From Bacilli bacterium (lineage in GTDB: Bacteria > Bacillota_I > Bacilli_A > RFN20 > CAG-826), in NCBI GenBank assembly GCA_017477255.1, contig JAFUXB010000002.1, forward strand, positions 93,996-157,995: a stretch of DNA of 64,000 bases. The letters are read 5' to 3'. Positions 7,617 to 17,096 of the stretch are shown here, in pieces. The position numbers were made by a program, and so were the translations under genes. The notes below the pieces were generated by a model that saw only the letters and a program-made list of their open reading frames with translations, had not been told where the DNA came from and did no database searches. Numbering within the stretch: position 1 is the first letter of the stretch; each line of letters starts with the position of its first letter.

Positions 7617-8759
7617 CTATTTGGTAAGTTCTTTTTCTTCTAGATAATATTTTATGCAATCGTAAGTGAGTGAATTTGACTTGAAATCTTGAGGAGTCAT
7701 ATTGTGTTTTTGCATTACGAACTTTAAGTTCTCACCGAGTATATAAACAAAACCATCTTCATAATTTTCTTCCATTCTGTTTATATAGTCTGAACTATCA
7801 TAGCCTCTAGTAGGTTCAATCTTGTCTGATGCATATATTACTTTTTCTACTACACCCATTTTAGCTCTACCTGAACAATGATATTTAATTGCATTCAAGA
7901 TTCTTTTATCTGTAATGTTTAATTCGTGTTTAGCTAAATAATCGCCTACAAATTGATGATAAGTAACTTTTGGAAGACTCACGTATTTTTTATAGTGCTT
8001 CTTCATTATCTCTAGTTTTCTTTCATCTGGGCATAATTTACCACAATCATGAATTAAACCAGCAATATAATAATCGCCAGGATTCTTTAAATTGTTTTTA
8101 AGAGCTATATTGTAAGCTACTTTTGCTACGCTTATTGAGTGTTCGAGTCTTTTACCGTAGACTAGTTCTTTTACTTTAGGCATAAAATATAAGTCATTAT
8201 CTACAATATAGTTAATAACGCTAAATGAGGTATTAAGACTCTTTAATTCTCTAATTGATGTTGAAGAAAGATCTATTTCTCTTCCTTTAATGTGTTTTAG
8301 ATTAAAATCTTTAATATTTTTGCAAAATTGTTCCGATTGGATGCTACTTCTACCATAATAAACAACTTGGACAAGTTTAGAAAGTTCTTCTGCATTTTTC
8401 CATCTATTAAAAGCTTCTACTTGATCACTTCCAATTAAAAAATAAAATTTTGCATTTGGGATTTTCTTTATTAAATATTTAACTGTATCTATTGAATAAT
8501 TTACTTCGCTATTAGAATTAATCTCATAGTCTTCTATTTCATAATTGAGATTATTAGCTTTTAGTTGGAGGTTAATCATATTTAATCTATGATTAATATC
8601 CTCTGTAGGCGCTTTCCAGCGCGGATTTTTGGATGGAATGAGAATTACTCGGTCTGCTTTAATTTGCTTTCTAGCGCGCTCACAAATTAAAATATGAGCG
8701 TCGTGGATTGGGTCGAATGTTCCACCAAATAAAAGAATTTTACTTTTAGTCGAGCTCAT
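7617..8759 (-). CDS. nadD: nicotinate-nucleotide adenylyltransferase fused to a YqeK HD-domain hydrolase
   Basis: The N-terminus GGTFDPIHDAHI is a NadD nucleotidyltransferase signature. The C-terminal half carries an HD-domain pattern (HSISV...GLIHDCGK). The two are separate adjacent genes, yqeJ and yqeK, in B. subtilis. Confidence 0.85.
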   Translation of the reverse strand: MSSTKSKILLFGGTFDPIHDAHILICERARKQIKADRVILIPSKNPRWKAPTEDINHRLNMINLQLKANNLNYEIEDYEINSNSEVNYSIDTVKYLIKKIPNAKFYFLIGSDQVEAFNRWKNAEELSKLVQVVYYGRSSIQSEQFCKNIKDFNLKHIKGREIDLSSTSIRELKSLNTSFSVINYIVDNDLYFMPKVKELVYGKRLEHSISVAKVAYNIALKNNLKNPGDYYIAGLIHDCGKLCPDERKLEIMKKHYKKYVSLPKVTYHQFVGDYLAKHELNITDKRILNAIKYHCSGRAKMGVVEKVIYASDKIEPTRGYDSSDYINRMEENYEDGFVYILGENLKFVMQKHNMTPQDFKSNSLTYDCIKYYLEEKELTK

Positions 8760-9057
8760 TTAAATTAATCCCATCTTTTAATTTAGGATTTTTTCTATAA
8801 AGAATAATAGTTTTTCCTATTTTTTGAATTACATCTGCTTTTAAGAAACTACTGATATCTAAAATCATTTCTTCTAAATTGTAGGTATCAACGCTAGTTT
8901 TTAAAAAAGCAATTTTAATAATTTCGTGTTTATCTAATGCTTTACTAAGCATATCTAAAACAGTCGATTCTAAGCCATTTTTACCGATATTAAATTTTAA
9001 TATATCGTTGCTATGAGCATATTTTTTAAGTTTTGCTCTATCTTTGTTATTTAACAT
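8746..9057 (-). CDS. yhbY: YhbY/YqeI CRM-domain RNA-binding protein
   Basis: A 103-aa ORF with the pattern KLKKYAH...FNIGKNGL...ELIKI, in the yqeI position of the yqe operon. Confidence 0.8.
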   Translation of the reverse strand: MLNNKDRAKLKKYAHSNDILKFNIGKNGLESTVLDMLSKALDKHEIIKIAFLKTSVDTYNLEEMILDISSFLKADVIQKIGKTIILYRKNPKLKDGINLNELD

Positions 9058-10183
9058 TTACTACTTTTCTACATCCTTCGTAGACGTAGACTCCTTTTGG
9101 TACATAAATTCTAAATGTTTGATTTGATCCTTTAAAACTAATCCAACCAAGACCAGAAATACCAATATCACGATATCCTGATTCATCGATTATGAAGTCA
9201 TAAGCATCAAAATCGTTCATGTTATAGAAATTATTACTACATGGAACAATATTTCTTTTTTGTAAGATGTGTTTTAAATGATTAAGACCTGAATATTGTC
9301 TAAACTTAAGTTCTACACCTTTAGCAAAATATGTTTTGATTAAAGTTGTTTTTCCTTTAAAAAGTTCGATTACAGCGAGTCCACCAATAGCTATGGAGCC
9401 ACCTTTTAATAAAACACCATCTTGAGGAACAACAGCTTTTTTAGGAGTAATAACTCTTTGAACTGATGGTTCTACTTTTGAGTAAAGACTGTTATGAATA
9501 TCGGTTCCTGGAAGTTCAAAAATAAAGTTTTTATTTGAAATAGGAATCTTATAACCTTGTAATGATGTTCCTTTGAATTGTTCTAAGCTGATTGGCATAT
9601 CAGAAACGTTTTTAATACGTTTCATAAGTTCAGTAATTAATGTACTCTTACCACTTATGCTTGCACCTAAGAAATAAACATTACGGTTTTTAGCTTGTTT
9701 AATGATTTTTTCATACATTAAATCTAAGTTGTAATCTGTATTTGATGAAACTAAAACTATGTCTTTAACGCTTAAACCAGTTAAAGATAATCTTTCGTGA
9801 ACATAGTTAATTAATTCGTTTTCATCAGCTTTTTTAGGAAGTAAGTCACGTTTATTTGCAACTACTATTACATCTAAATCTTTGATTACTTCGATTAATT
9901 TTGAAATGAAGCTTCCTTCAAAACTAAACAAATCGATAACGTAAACAATTAAATCGTTGTTTGTAACTGCTTTATCTAAAATCTTTTTGTAGTCTTCATC
10001 AAATGATGGGAGATATGGATGTTCATTAAAGCCTTCGTTTTTATAGCAATTATTACACAATAAAAGCCCACGAGGATATTTATTCATAATTTCTGGTGAA
10101 ATATAACCCTCGCTTAAAGGATCTTCGGTTTGTAAAATTGCACCACAACGATAACATCTAGAAATTTTATTTAATTCTGCCAT
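9047..10183 (-). CDS. yqeH: ribosome biogenesis GTPase YqeH
   Basis: An N-terminal CxxC...CxxC zinc finger is followed by a circularly permuted GTPase (NKRDLL ... GASISGKST). Confidence 0.85.
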   Translation of the reverse strand: MAELNKISRCYRCGAILQTEDPLSEGYISPEIMNKYPRGLLLCNNCYKNEGFNEHPYLPSFDEDYKKILDKAVTNNDLIVYVIDLFSFEGSFISKLIEVIKDLDVIVVANKRDLLPKKADENELINYVHERLSLTGLSVKDIVLVSSNTDYNLDLMYEKIIKQAKNRNVYFLGASISGKSTLITELMKRIKNVSDMPISLEQFKGTSLQGYKIPISNKNFIFELPGTDIHNSLYSKVEPSVQRVITPKKAVVPQDGVLLKGGSIAIGGLAVIELFKGKTTLIKTYFAKGVELKFRQYSGLNHLKHILQKRNIVPCSNNFYNMNDFDAYDFIIDESGYRDIGISGLGWISFKGSNQTFRIYVPKGVYVYEGCRKVVNVK

Positions 10184-10700
10184 AAATTTCCCTCCAATCG
10201 ATTAAAAGACCATTAGATTTATATTTTTTTCTTCTCATCATATCAATCCAACGTAAGAATTTCGTAATAAATTGGTCGCCTGGCCATAATTTTTCAGTTA
10301 AAATACAGCGAATTCCGACCTTTTTACAAACTTTTACATCAGTTAATAACTGATCACCTACCATTATAACATAATCAGTATCAGTATTTAGTGATTTCAC
10401 AAATTTTTTTAATTTGTGAGCAAAAGGTTTGCCCATTCTATACAAAAACTCAACTTCACATTCATCAGCATATGTTTTTACACGTTTATAATTATTATTT
10501 GAAATAATTATAGGCTTGATGCCTCTATTTTTGATTTCTCGTATATAGTTTTTAGCTCTTTCACTAGGCGTTTTATCTTTGTGTGTATCTAAAGTATTGT
10601 CCAAATCTAGCAATAAATATTTAATTCCAATTTTAACAAAAAAATCAGGATCAATATCGTATAAATTTAATGCATGTGCATATGGAACTAAATCGCTCAT
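10167..10700 (-). CDS. yqeG: YqeG-family HAD-IIIA phosphatase
   Basis: Motifs are LLLDLDNTL and GDQLLTDV, and the gene is first in the yqe cluster. No Shine-Dalgarno is present. Confidence 0.8.
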   Translation of the reverse strand: MSDLVPYAHALNLYDIDPDFFVKIGIKYLLLDLDNTLDTHKDKTPSERAKNYIREIKNRGIKPIIISNNNYKRVKTYADECEVEFLYRMGKPFAHKLKKFVKSLNTDTDYVIMVGDQLLTDVKVCKKVGIRCILTEKLWPGDQFITKFLRWIDMMRRKKYKSNGLLIDWREIYGRIK

Positions 10701-10701
10701 A

Positions 10702-10740
10702 ATACTTAAAATATACTAATAATCTACTAATTAATTACTA
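10702..10740 (-). repeat. phased TAGTA-hexamer array C (4 units, 11-bp period)
   Basis: The + strand units ATACTT, ATACTA, CTACTA and TTACTA start at 10702, 10713, 10724 and 10735. On the - strand this reads TAGTAA-N5-TAGTAG-N5-TAGTAT-N5-AAGTAT-T-ATG(yqeG). Confidence 0.85.
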
Positions 10741-10747
10741 ATTGGAA

Positions 10748-13357
10748 TTAATCTCCCATATCATCGAATATTGAGATTTGTTCATACTCAACATCTTTTT
10801 CAGGGACATCTTCAGCCTCTTCAGTAAATAAGTTGATTGGTTTGTTAGTTGCTCTTTCAACAGGTTCTTCTTCGATTGTATTCTCATCGATATGTTGAAC
10901 AGTTTCTGTAAAGACATCACAGATTTTTAATTTATCGTTGAATTCAAGATTCTTACGACACATTTTGTCCATTGGTGTTAAATGTAAATCGTTAATATTT
11001 AATTCAATGATTGAGTTGTCTGACATTAAAGCATTTAAAGTTAAAGCTTCAGCACGTTTGCTTATCTTATTAATATAGGCAATATCGTGTGGCTCGCTCT
11101 TAAATGATTTAAAGATGACTTGAGTTCTACCTAATCTTTGAGTTAATTCAAGGTTAGATTTATCAAATACACGATACATTCCGCGATCTGTGATAATGAT
11201 AAGTTTGCCTTTTTCTTCTTTTCTGTAAGAGAAAACGCCACAAACTGTGCTATTTCTTAATGTAGAAATTGATTTTACACCACTAGTTTTTAAGCCTGTA
11301 GCTGTAATTTCACTTTCATTAAAGAATGTACCAAGACCATTTTTAGCTACAATGAATAAATCACTATTACCATTTGCAATGCAAACATCAGTAACAAAGT
11401 CATTTTTCATGAGTTTCATGCATTGAATTGGTTTGTTATATTTGGTGACATAAAATTCTTTTAATGGAGTCTTTTTAATTTGACCATTAGCACTAACAAA
11501 GACTATATTAACTTTCTTGTTAAAGTCTTTAACAATGAATGTTTTAATAATTTTTTCATTCATTGGAACAGTACAAATTGAGTTAATGTGCTTACCTTCA
11601 TCTTTCCATTTTCCTTCAGAGAATTCATGGACAGGCAAGAATAAACAATTACCTTTGTCAGTAAAAGCTAAGACGTAATCGGCAGTATTTGCAACAGCTT
11701 GAAGAACAATTGTATCGCCTTCTTTTGTTCCTGGAAGCATGCCATTACTTGCTTTATATGATTTAAGTGAACTTCTTTTTGCATAACCAGCTTTAGTTAA
11801 AACAATGTAAACATCTTCTTTTAAGATTAAATCACGTTTACTAATTGAAACTTCTTGGCTATCTTCTTGTTCAATAATTTCAGTTCTTCTATCAACACCA
11901 TATTTATCTGAAATTTCTTTTAAATCCTTAATAATGATCTTTCTAAGTTTCTTTTCATCACTTAAAATTTCATTAAATTCACTAATTGATTTTTCAAGAT
12001 TTGCTTTTTCATTTAAATATATAGTGATATCTGCATTTGATAATCTATAAAGATGCATCATAACAATGGCTTCTGATTGTTCTTCAGTAAATCCATATTT
12101 TGCAATTAAGTTATCTTTTGCATCGCGTTTATCTTTACTGTGTCTAATTAATTCAACGACTTCTTCGATGATATTGACAGCTTTAATTAAACCATCAACG
12201 ATGTGTAATCTATTTTTAGCAATTTCGACATCGTATTTAGTTCTTCTAGTTATAACATCGATTTGATGTGCTATATATGTATCGAGATAATCGAGTAAAG
12301 TTAAAGTTTTTGGTCTATTATCAGAAATAGCAACAATATTTGCACTATATCCAACTTTAAGTTGAGTTTTATTAAATAAGTAAGTTAAAACTTTGTTTGG
12401 ATCAGCTTCTTTTTTAAGAGCAACTGAAATTTTAATTTCTTCTCCAGCTGATTCATCAAGAACTTCTAAAATACCATCGATTTCTTTACTCTTCATAATT
12501 TTATCGATGCTATGGACTAATTCTTGTTTATTAACTTTATAAGGAATTTCAGAAATAATTAATTCATTTTGTGATTTTCCTTCAACGATATTAACTTTAC
12601 TAGCAATTTCAATTCTTCCTTTACCAGTTAAATAAATATCTTTTAAACCTTGAGAATTATAAATAATTCCACCAGTTGGGAAATCTGGACCTTTAACTAT
12701 TTCCATTAATTCTTCAATTGTGCAGTGTTGATGAGCAATTCTATAAATGGTTGCTTCAATCAATTCTTTTAAATTGTGTGGAGGAATTTCAGTTGCAATT
12801 GCAACAGCGATACCTTCACTACCATTTAAGAATAAATTAGGGAATCTAGAAGGCAAAACAATTGGTTCTAATTCTGTATCATCAAAATTAAGAGTCATAT
12901 CAACTGTATCTTTTTCTAAATCTTTAACAAGATTCATTGCGAATTCGTTGAGTTTTGCTTCTGTATATCTATATGCAGCTGCAGGATCGTTATCAATACT
13001 ACCATTATTTCCTTGGAATTTAATTAAAGGCATATTCATTTTCCAAGGTTGTGACATTCTAACTAATGCATCATAAATTGAAGTATCGCCATGTGGGTGA
13101 AGTTTACCCATAACAGCACCAACGATTGTAGCGCATTTTTTAGTTGGTTTATCAAATGTATTGCCATTTTGATACATTGAAAAAATAATTCTTCTTTGAA
13201 CTGGTTTTAAACCATCTCTAGCATCAGGAATTGCTCTATCTTGAATGACATATTTTGCATAAACTGCATATCTATCACTCATTACAAAGTCTAATGATTG
13301 ATGTTGAATATTTTCGATGAAATCAGGGGTATCATCAATAATTTTCTTTTTAGCCAT
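10748..13357 (-). CDS. parC: DNA topoisomerase IV subunit A
   Basis: An 869-aa ORF with the motifs DGLKPVQRRI, HPHGD and GNNGSIDNDPAAAYRYTE, which is the ParC-type rather than the GyrA-type signature. No GyrA box is present. It is paired with parE upstream. Confidence 0.8.
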   Translation of the reverse strand: MAKKKIIDDTPDFIENIQHQSLDFVMSDRYAVYAKYVIQDRAIPDARDGLKPVQRRIIFSMYQNGNTFDKPTKKCATIVGAVMGKLHPHGDTSIYDALVRMSQPWKMNMPLIKFQGNNGSIDNDPAAAYRYTEAKLNEFAMNLVKDLEKDTVDMTLNFDDTELEPIVLPSRFPNLFLNGSEGIAVAIATEIPPHNLKELIEATIYRIAHQHCTIEELMEIVKGPDFPTGGIIYNSQGLKDIYLTGKGRIEIASKVNIVEGKSQNELIISEIPYKVNKQELVHSIDKIMKSKEIDGILEVLDESAGEEIKISVALKKEADPNKVLTYLFNKTQLKVGYSANIVAISDNRPKTLTLLDYLDTYIAHQIDVITRRTKYDVEIAKNRLHIVDGLIKAVNIIEEVVELIRHSKDKRDAKDNLIAKYGFTEEQSEAIVMMHLYRLSNADITIYLNEKANLEKSISEFNEILSDEKKLRKIIIKDLKEISDKYGVDRRTEIIEQEDSQEVSISKRDLILKEDVYIVLTKAGYAKRSSLKSYKASNGMLPGTKEGDTIVLQAVANTADYVLAFTDKGNCLFLPVHEFSEGKWKDEGKHINSICTVPMNEKIIKTFIVKDFNKKVNIVFVSANGQIKKTPLKEFYVTKYNKPIQCMKLMKNDFVTDVCIANGNSDLFIVAKNGLGTFFNESEITATGLKTSGVKSISTLRNSTVCGVFSYRKEEKGKLIIITDRGMYRVFDKSNLELTQRLGRTQVIFKSFKSEPHDIAYINKISKRAEALTLNALMSDNSIIELNINDLHLTPMDKMCRKNLEFNDKLKICDVFTETVQHIDENTIEEEPVERATNKPINLFTEEAEDVPEKDVEYEQISIFDDMGD

Positions 13358-15288
13358 TATTTAATAACCTCCTTAATAAATTCATCTTCTTCATTGAAAT
13401 CAATATTTTCTTCAACCCATTTCTTTCTTAAATCTGAGTTATTACCCATTAATGTTGAAATTTCTTTTGCAACATTTAAAGGATCATCGATATTAACTTT
13501 AATTAATAATCTATGACGTGGGTCCATTGTTGTATAACGTAATTGGTCTGGGTTCATTTCACCTAAACCTTTATATCTGTTAATTTTATAACCTCTACCC
13601 ACTTTTTCTTTACAAATTTCAAGTTCTCTATCATCCCAAGCATATTCTTGGATATAGCCACTACCTTGTTCTTTATATACTCTATATAAAGGAGGTACAG
13701 CAACATAAACATAACCATTAACAATTAATGGTCTCATATAATGATAGAAGAAAGTTAAAAGCAAAGTTTGAATGTGAGCTCCATCAGTATCAGCATCAGT
13801 CATGATAATGATTTTTCCATAATGTGAGTCTTCAATATCAAAATTTTGTCCATAACCAGCACCAATTGTGTTGATTAATGTACTAATTTCTTCATTTTTT
13901 AAGAGTTTATCGACTGAAATTGAATCAGTATTTAATGGTTTACCTCTTAAAGGAAGGATTGCTTGATATAAAGGATTTCTTCCTTTTTTAGCACTTCCAC
14001 CAGCTGAATCACCCTCAACGATGAAAAGTTCATTTTTAGAATAATCTTTTCCTTGAGCAGGTGTTAATTTATCACTTAAAAGCAAAGTTTCTTTTTGCTT
14101 TTTATTTTTTCTCATTTCATCTTTTGCTTTTCTTGCAGCAATTCTTGCAGCTTGGCTATCAATACATTTTTTAATTAAATTAACTGCAAATTCCTTATTT
14201 TCATTTAAAAAATAAGTAAATTGAGAATAAATTAAGTTATTTACTGCACTTAAAGCTTGAGGTGTTCCAAGTTTTCCTTTTGTTTGACCTTCAAATTCAA
14301 GAATACTTTCTGGCATTTTTACACTAATGATGGCAGTTAAACCTTCACGAATATCAGCACCTTCTAATTTTTCTTTTGATTTTAATAAATTATTAGATTC
14401 AGCAAAATCATTAACTGCTTTTGTAATACCAATTCTAAAACCAGTTTCGTGAGTTCCACCATCTCTAGTTCTAACGTTATTAACATAACTATAAATTGTT
14501 TCGTTATAATCGCCAGTACAATATTGAAAAGCAATTTCGATATCCATTGTATTTACTTTATCTTCAAAAGTAATTACAGGACCTAAACTATTTTTATTTG
14601 CGTTAATTGTTTCGATATATTCTTTTAAACCGTTTTCATAATAAAACTCAGTTTCTTGATTAGTTCTTTCATCTTTTAAAACAAATTTAACTTTTTTAAG
14701 TAAGAAAGCACTTTCTTGTAAGTGGGAAGCAATTGTGTCCCATTTAAAATCTACAGTTGAAAAAATCTTTTTATCTGGTTTAAAAGTAACCATTGATCCA
14801 TGTTTAGTTGTATTTCCTAAAACTTCTAATGGTACAGCTAAATTTCCATTATTTTCAAATCTAATGTGGTAAACTTTTTGATTTTTATATACGACTACAT
14901 CGCAGAATTCGCTTAAAGCATTGGTAACACTACTACCAACACCATGAAGACCACCACTAGATTTATAAGCATCTTCATTAAATTTACCACCACTATGTAA
15001 GGTAGTAAAAATAAGTTGTATTGCTGGGATTCCAGTACTTTTATGTATATCAACAGGGATTCCACGTCCTTCATCAATTACGGATAAGCTTCCATCTTTA
15101 CGAATAATAACTGTAATTTTATTACCAAAGCCATTTAAAGCTTCGTCAACAGCATTATCAACAATTTCCCATACTAAATGATGAAGTCCATATGCATTTG
15201 TACTTCCAATATACATACCAGGTCTTTTAATTACGCCTTGTAAACCTGTTAAATATTCAATATTACTTGCATTATATTCTTTATTCAT
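13357..15288 (-). CDS. parE: DNA topoisomerase IV subunit B
   Basis: A 643-aa GHKL ATPase plus TOPRIM protein (KRPGMYIGS, EGDSAGG, PLRGK). Its stop overlaps the parC start. Confidence 0.8.
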   Translation of the reverse strand: MNKEYNASNIEYLTGLQGVIKRPGMYIGSTNAYGLHHLVWEIVDNAVDEALNGFGNKITVIIRKDGSLSVIDEGRGIPVDIHKSTGIPAIQLIFTTLHSGGKFNEDAYKSSGGLHGVGSSVTNALSEFCDVVVYKNQKVYHIRFENNGNLAVPLEVLGNTTKHGSMVTFKPDKKIFSTVDFKWDTIASHLQESAFLLKKVKFVLKDERTNQETEFYYENGLKEYIETINANKNSLGPVITFEDKVNTMDIEIAFQYCTGDYNETIYSYVNNVRTRDGGTHETGFRIGITKAVNDFAESNNLLKSKEKLEGADIREGLTAIISVKMPESILEFEGQTKGKLGTPQALSAVNNLIYSQFTYFLNENKEFAVNLIKKCIDSQAARIAARKAKDEMRKNKKQKETLLLSDKLTPAQGKDYSKNELFIVEGDSAGGSAKKGRNPLYQAILPLRGKPLNTDSISVDKLLKNEEISTLINTIGAGYGQNFDIEDSHYGKIIIMTDADTDGAHIQTLLLTFFYHYMRPLIVNGYVYVAVPPLYRVYKEQGSGYIQEYAWDDRELEICKEKVGRGYKINRYKGLGEMNPDQLRYTTMDPRHRLLIKVNIDDPLNVAKEISTLMGNNSDLRKKWVEENIDFNEEDEFIKEVIK

Positions 15289-15367
15289 TTATAAAATTCC
15301 TTTAATAATCTTTTTTATTTTAGTAAAAAGATTAAAAATTTTCTATACATTTCGTTTTATTCGAATA

Positions 15368-15426
15368 AAAATGTGATTTTTCATCACATTTTTTCATAAA
15401 TAAAACTCACTTTTGAGGTGAGTTTT
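15368..15426 (-). terminator. two tandem hairpins after the UPF0154 gene
   Basis: The first hairpin is AAAACTCAC/GTGAGTTTT at 15402-15426. The second is AAAATGTGAT/ATCACATTTT at 15368-15392. On the - strand each is followed by T-rich sequence. Confidence 0.6.
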
Positions 15427-15640
15427 ATTTGTTATTTTTTACGCTATGCATGACTTGTTGTATTTGTTTTTCACTAGGAGTTCTTCCCATTGACATAAAC
15501 ATAGCACGAATCATTTTTTCATTAATTGGTGGGTTTTTTTCAAGTTGCTTTTTGAAATAAAATCTTGCTCCAAAAAAACCTGCGATTGCACCGATAATTA
15601 AAGTTCCAATAGCGAGTAATGCAATTTGCCAAGGTAACAT
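15425..15640 (-). CDS. UPF0154 (YneF-like) small membrane protein
   Basis: A 71-aa ORF with one N-terminal transmembrane helix and a conserved RKQIEENPPI-like segment (KKQLEKNPPINEKMIRAM). Confidence 0.75.
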   Translation of the reverse strand: MLPWQIALLAIGTLIIGAIAGFFGARFYFKKQLEKNPPINEKMIRAMFMSMGRTPSEKQIQQVMHSVKNNK

Positions 15641-15650
15641 CTTCTATCTC

Positions 15651-16205
15651 CTAAGCTCTTCCATCATAATCGCCAGTATCAGTTCTAACATAAACTGAAT
15701 CGCCGTTATTGATAAATAATGGAACTCTGACTTTTAATCCAGTTTGTAAAGTTGCGTCTTTCATAGCTTTATTGACTGTATCACCTCTAACTGCTGGTTC
15801 ACAATCAACGATTTGTAATACTACTTTTGCTGGTAAGTTAATTCCTAAAATTTCACTTTCATATTGAATGATTTCAACTTCTAAGTTTTCAGTTAAGAAT
15901 TGTTTTTCCCATTCAAGTCTAGCAACTGGGATTTCAACTTGTTCATAAGTTTCATTATCCATAAAGACTAAAAAGTCGCCAGCATCGTATAAATAATTCA
16001 TTTTTCTTTTATCAAGTCTAATAGTTTCAACTTGATAGCCACTATTAGCACTCATTTCTGTAATAGCGCCTGTTCTAACGTTCTTAACTTTAATTTTGGC
16101 AACCATTTTTCTCATAGCTGTTTTATTTAATAAAACATCCATAACAAGATAAAGGTTTCCATCTTCTTCGAAATAGTTTCCAGGTCTTAATTCTGTAACG
16201 TTCAT
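15651..16205 (-). CDS. efp: elongation factor P
   Basis: A 184-aa ORF with the patterns LRPGN...DG.LY.V and KPA..ETG. Confidence 0.9.
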   Translation of the reverse strand: MNVTELRPGNYFEEDGNLYLVMDVLLNKTAMRKMVAKIKVKNVRTGAITEMSANSGYQVETIRLDKRKMNYLYDAGDFLVFMDNETYEQVEIPVARLEWEKQFLTENLEVEIIQYESEILGINLPAKVVLQIVDCEPAVRGDTVNKAMKDATLQTGLKVRVPLFINNGDSVYVRTDTGDYDGRA

Positions 16206-16206
16206 C

Positions 16207-16851
16207 TTATAACTCCTTTTTTAAATAAATATTGTTTTCTAATTCTTCCTTCATGGTAGTTAATTCACCATGGCCAGGATATATACGGTACTTTGGATCA
16301 AAGTTTTTAATAATATTTAAACTTGATTTTATTAGTCTTCTATTTGCTGTAATTAAATCAAATCGTCCAATACTATTTTTAAATAAACTATCACCAGTAA
16401 ATATTGCGTTTTCTTTTTCATAAACTATACATACACTACCTTCAGTGTGATATGGTGTTTCAATAATTTTAAATTCTAGTTCTTCACCAAAATTTAATAT
16501 TTCTTGATCTTTAAATGTATGTATATTTTTTGAAAGAACAATAATTGGCTCTTCATACGAATTTGATAGATTATATCGAGGATTTGTTAATAATTCTTCA
16601 TCATATCTATCAATAAAAATTGGAACATCTTTAAAATCGTTTATGAATTTATTAATTCCACGAATATGATCATAATGACCATGTGTAATTAATATTGCTT
16701 TAACATCAGTGAAATTTTCTTTAATAAATCTGAATATTTGTTTTGATGTTGTTCCTAAATCTATGATAACGCAAGATTTTCCTAGTTCTCCTACAATGTA
16801 TGTATTTGAACTAAACTCTTCATCACAAGATAAGCAAAATGATTTAATCAT
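16207..16851 (-). CDS. MBL-fold metallo-hydrolase
   Basis: The THGHYDH motif and the 214-aa size support the call. Confidence 0.8.
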   Translation of the reverse strand: MIKSFCLSCDEEFSSNTYIVGELGKSCVIIDLGTTSKQIFRFIKENFTDVKAILITHGHYDHIRGINKFINDFKDVPIFIDRYDEELLTNPRYNLSNSYEEPIIVLSKNIHTFKDQEILNFGEELEFKIIETPYHTEGSVCIVYEKENAIFTGDSLFKNSIGRFDLITANRRLIKSSLNIIKNFDPKYRIYPGHGELTTMKEELENNIYLKKEL

Positions 16852-16854
16852 TTA

Positions 16855-17004
16855 TTATTTCTTTTCTTTGTGAACAGTCATTTTTCTGCATTTTGGGCAG
16901 TATTTTTTGATTTCTAATCTGTCAGGATTGTTTTTCTTATTTTTGTTTGTAATATAATTTTCTTCGCCACAAACTGTGCATTTTAATGTAAATGAATCTC
17001 TCAT
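16855..17004 (-). CDS. rpmG: 50S ribosomal protein L33 (49 aa, below the ORF-track cutoff)
   Basis: The - strand translation is [49 protein letters not shown], preceded by AAGGAG. Confidence 0.9.
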   Translation of the reverse strand: MRDSFTLKCTVCGEENYITNKNKKNNPDRLEIKKYCPKCRKMTVHKEKK

Positions 17005-17096
17005 AATCATTACTCCTTATATAAATCTTTATGAATATACCACATTTTAATCGTTTTTGCTATAAAATATTTGTTTCATAAGATATAATCTTATGT

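Noticed and set aside
10748-15288. Calling the topoisomerase pair gyrB/gyrA.
   Set aside because: The A subunit has the GNNGSIDNDP signature typical of Gram-positive ParC and no GyrA box. The pair is not next to dnaA, dnaN or recF. Some uncertainty remains without a phylogeny.
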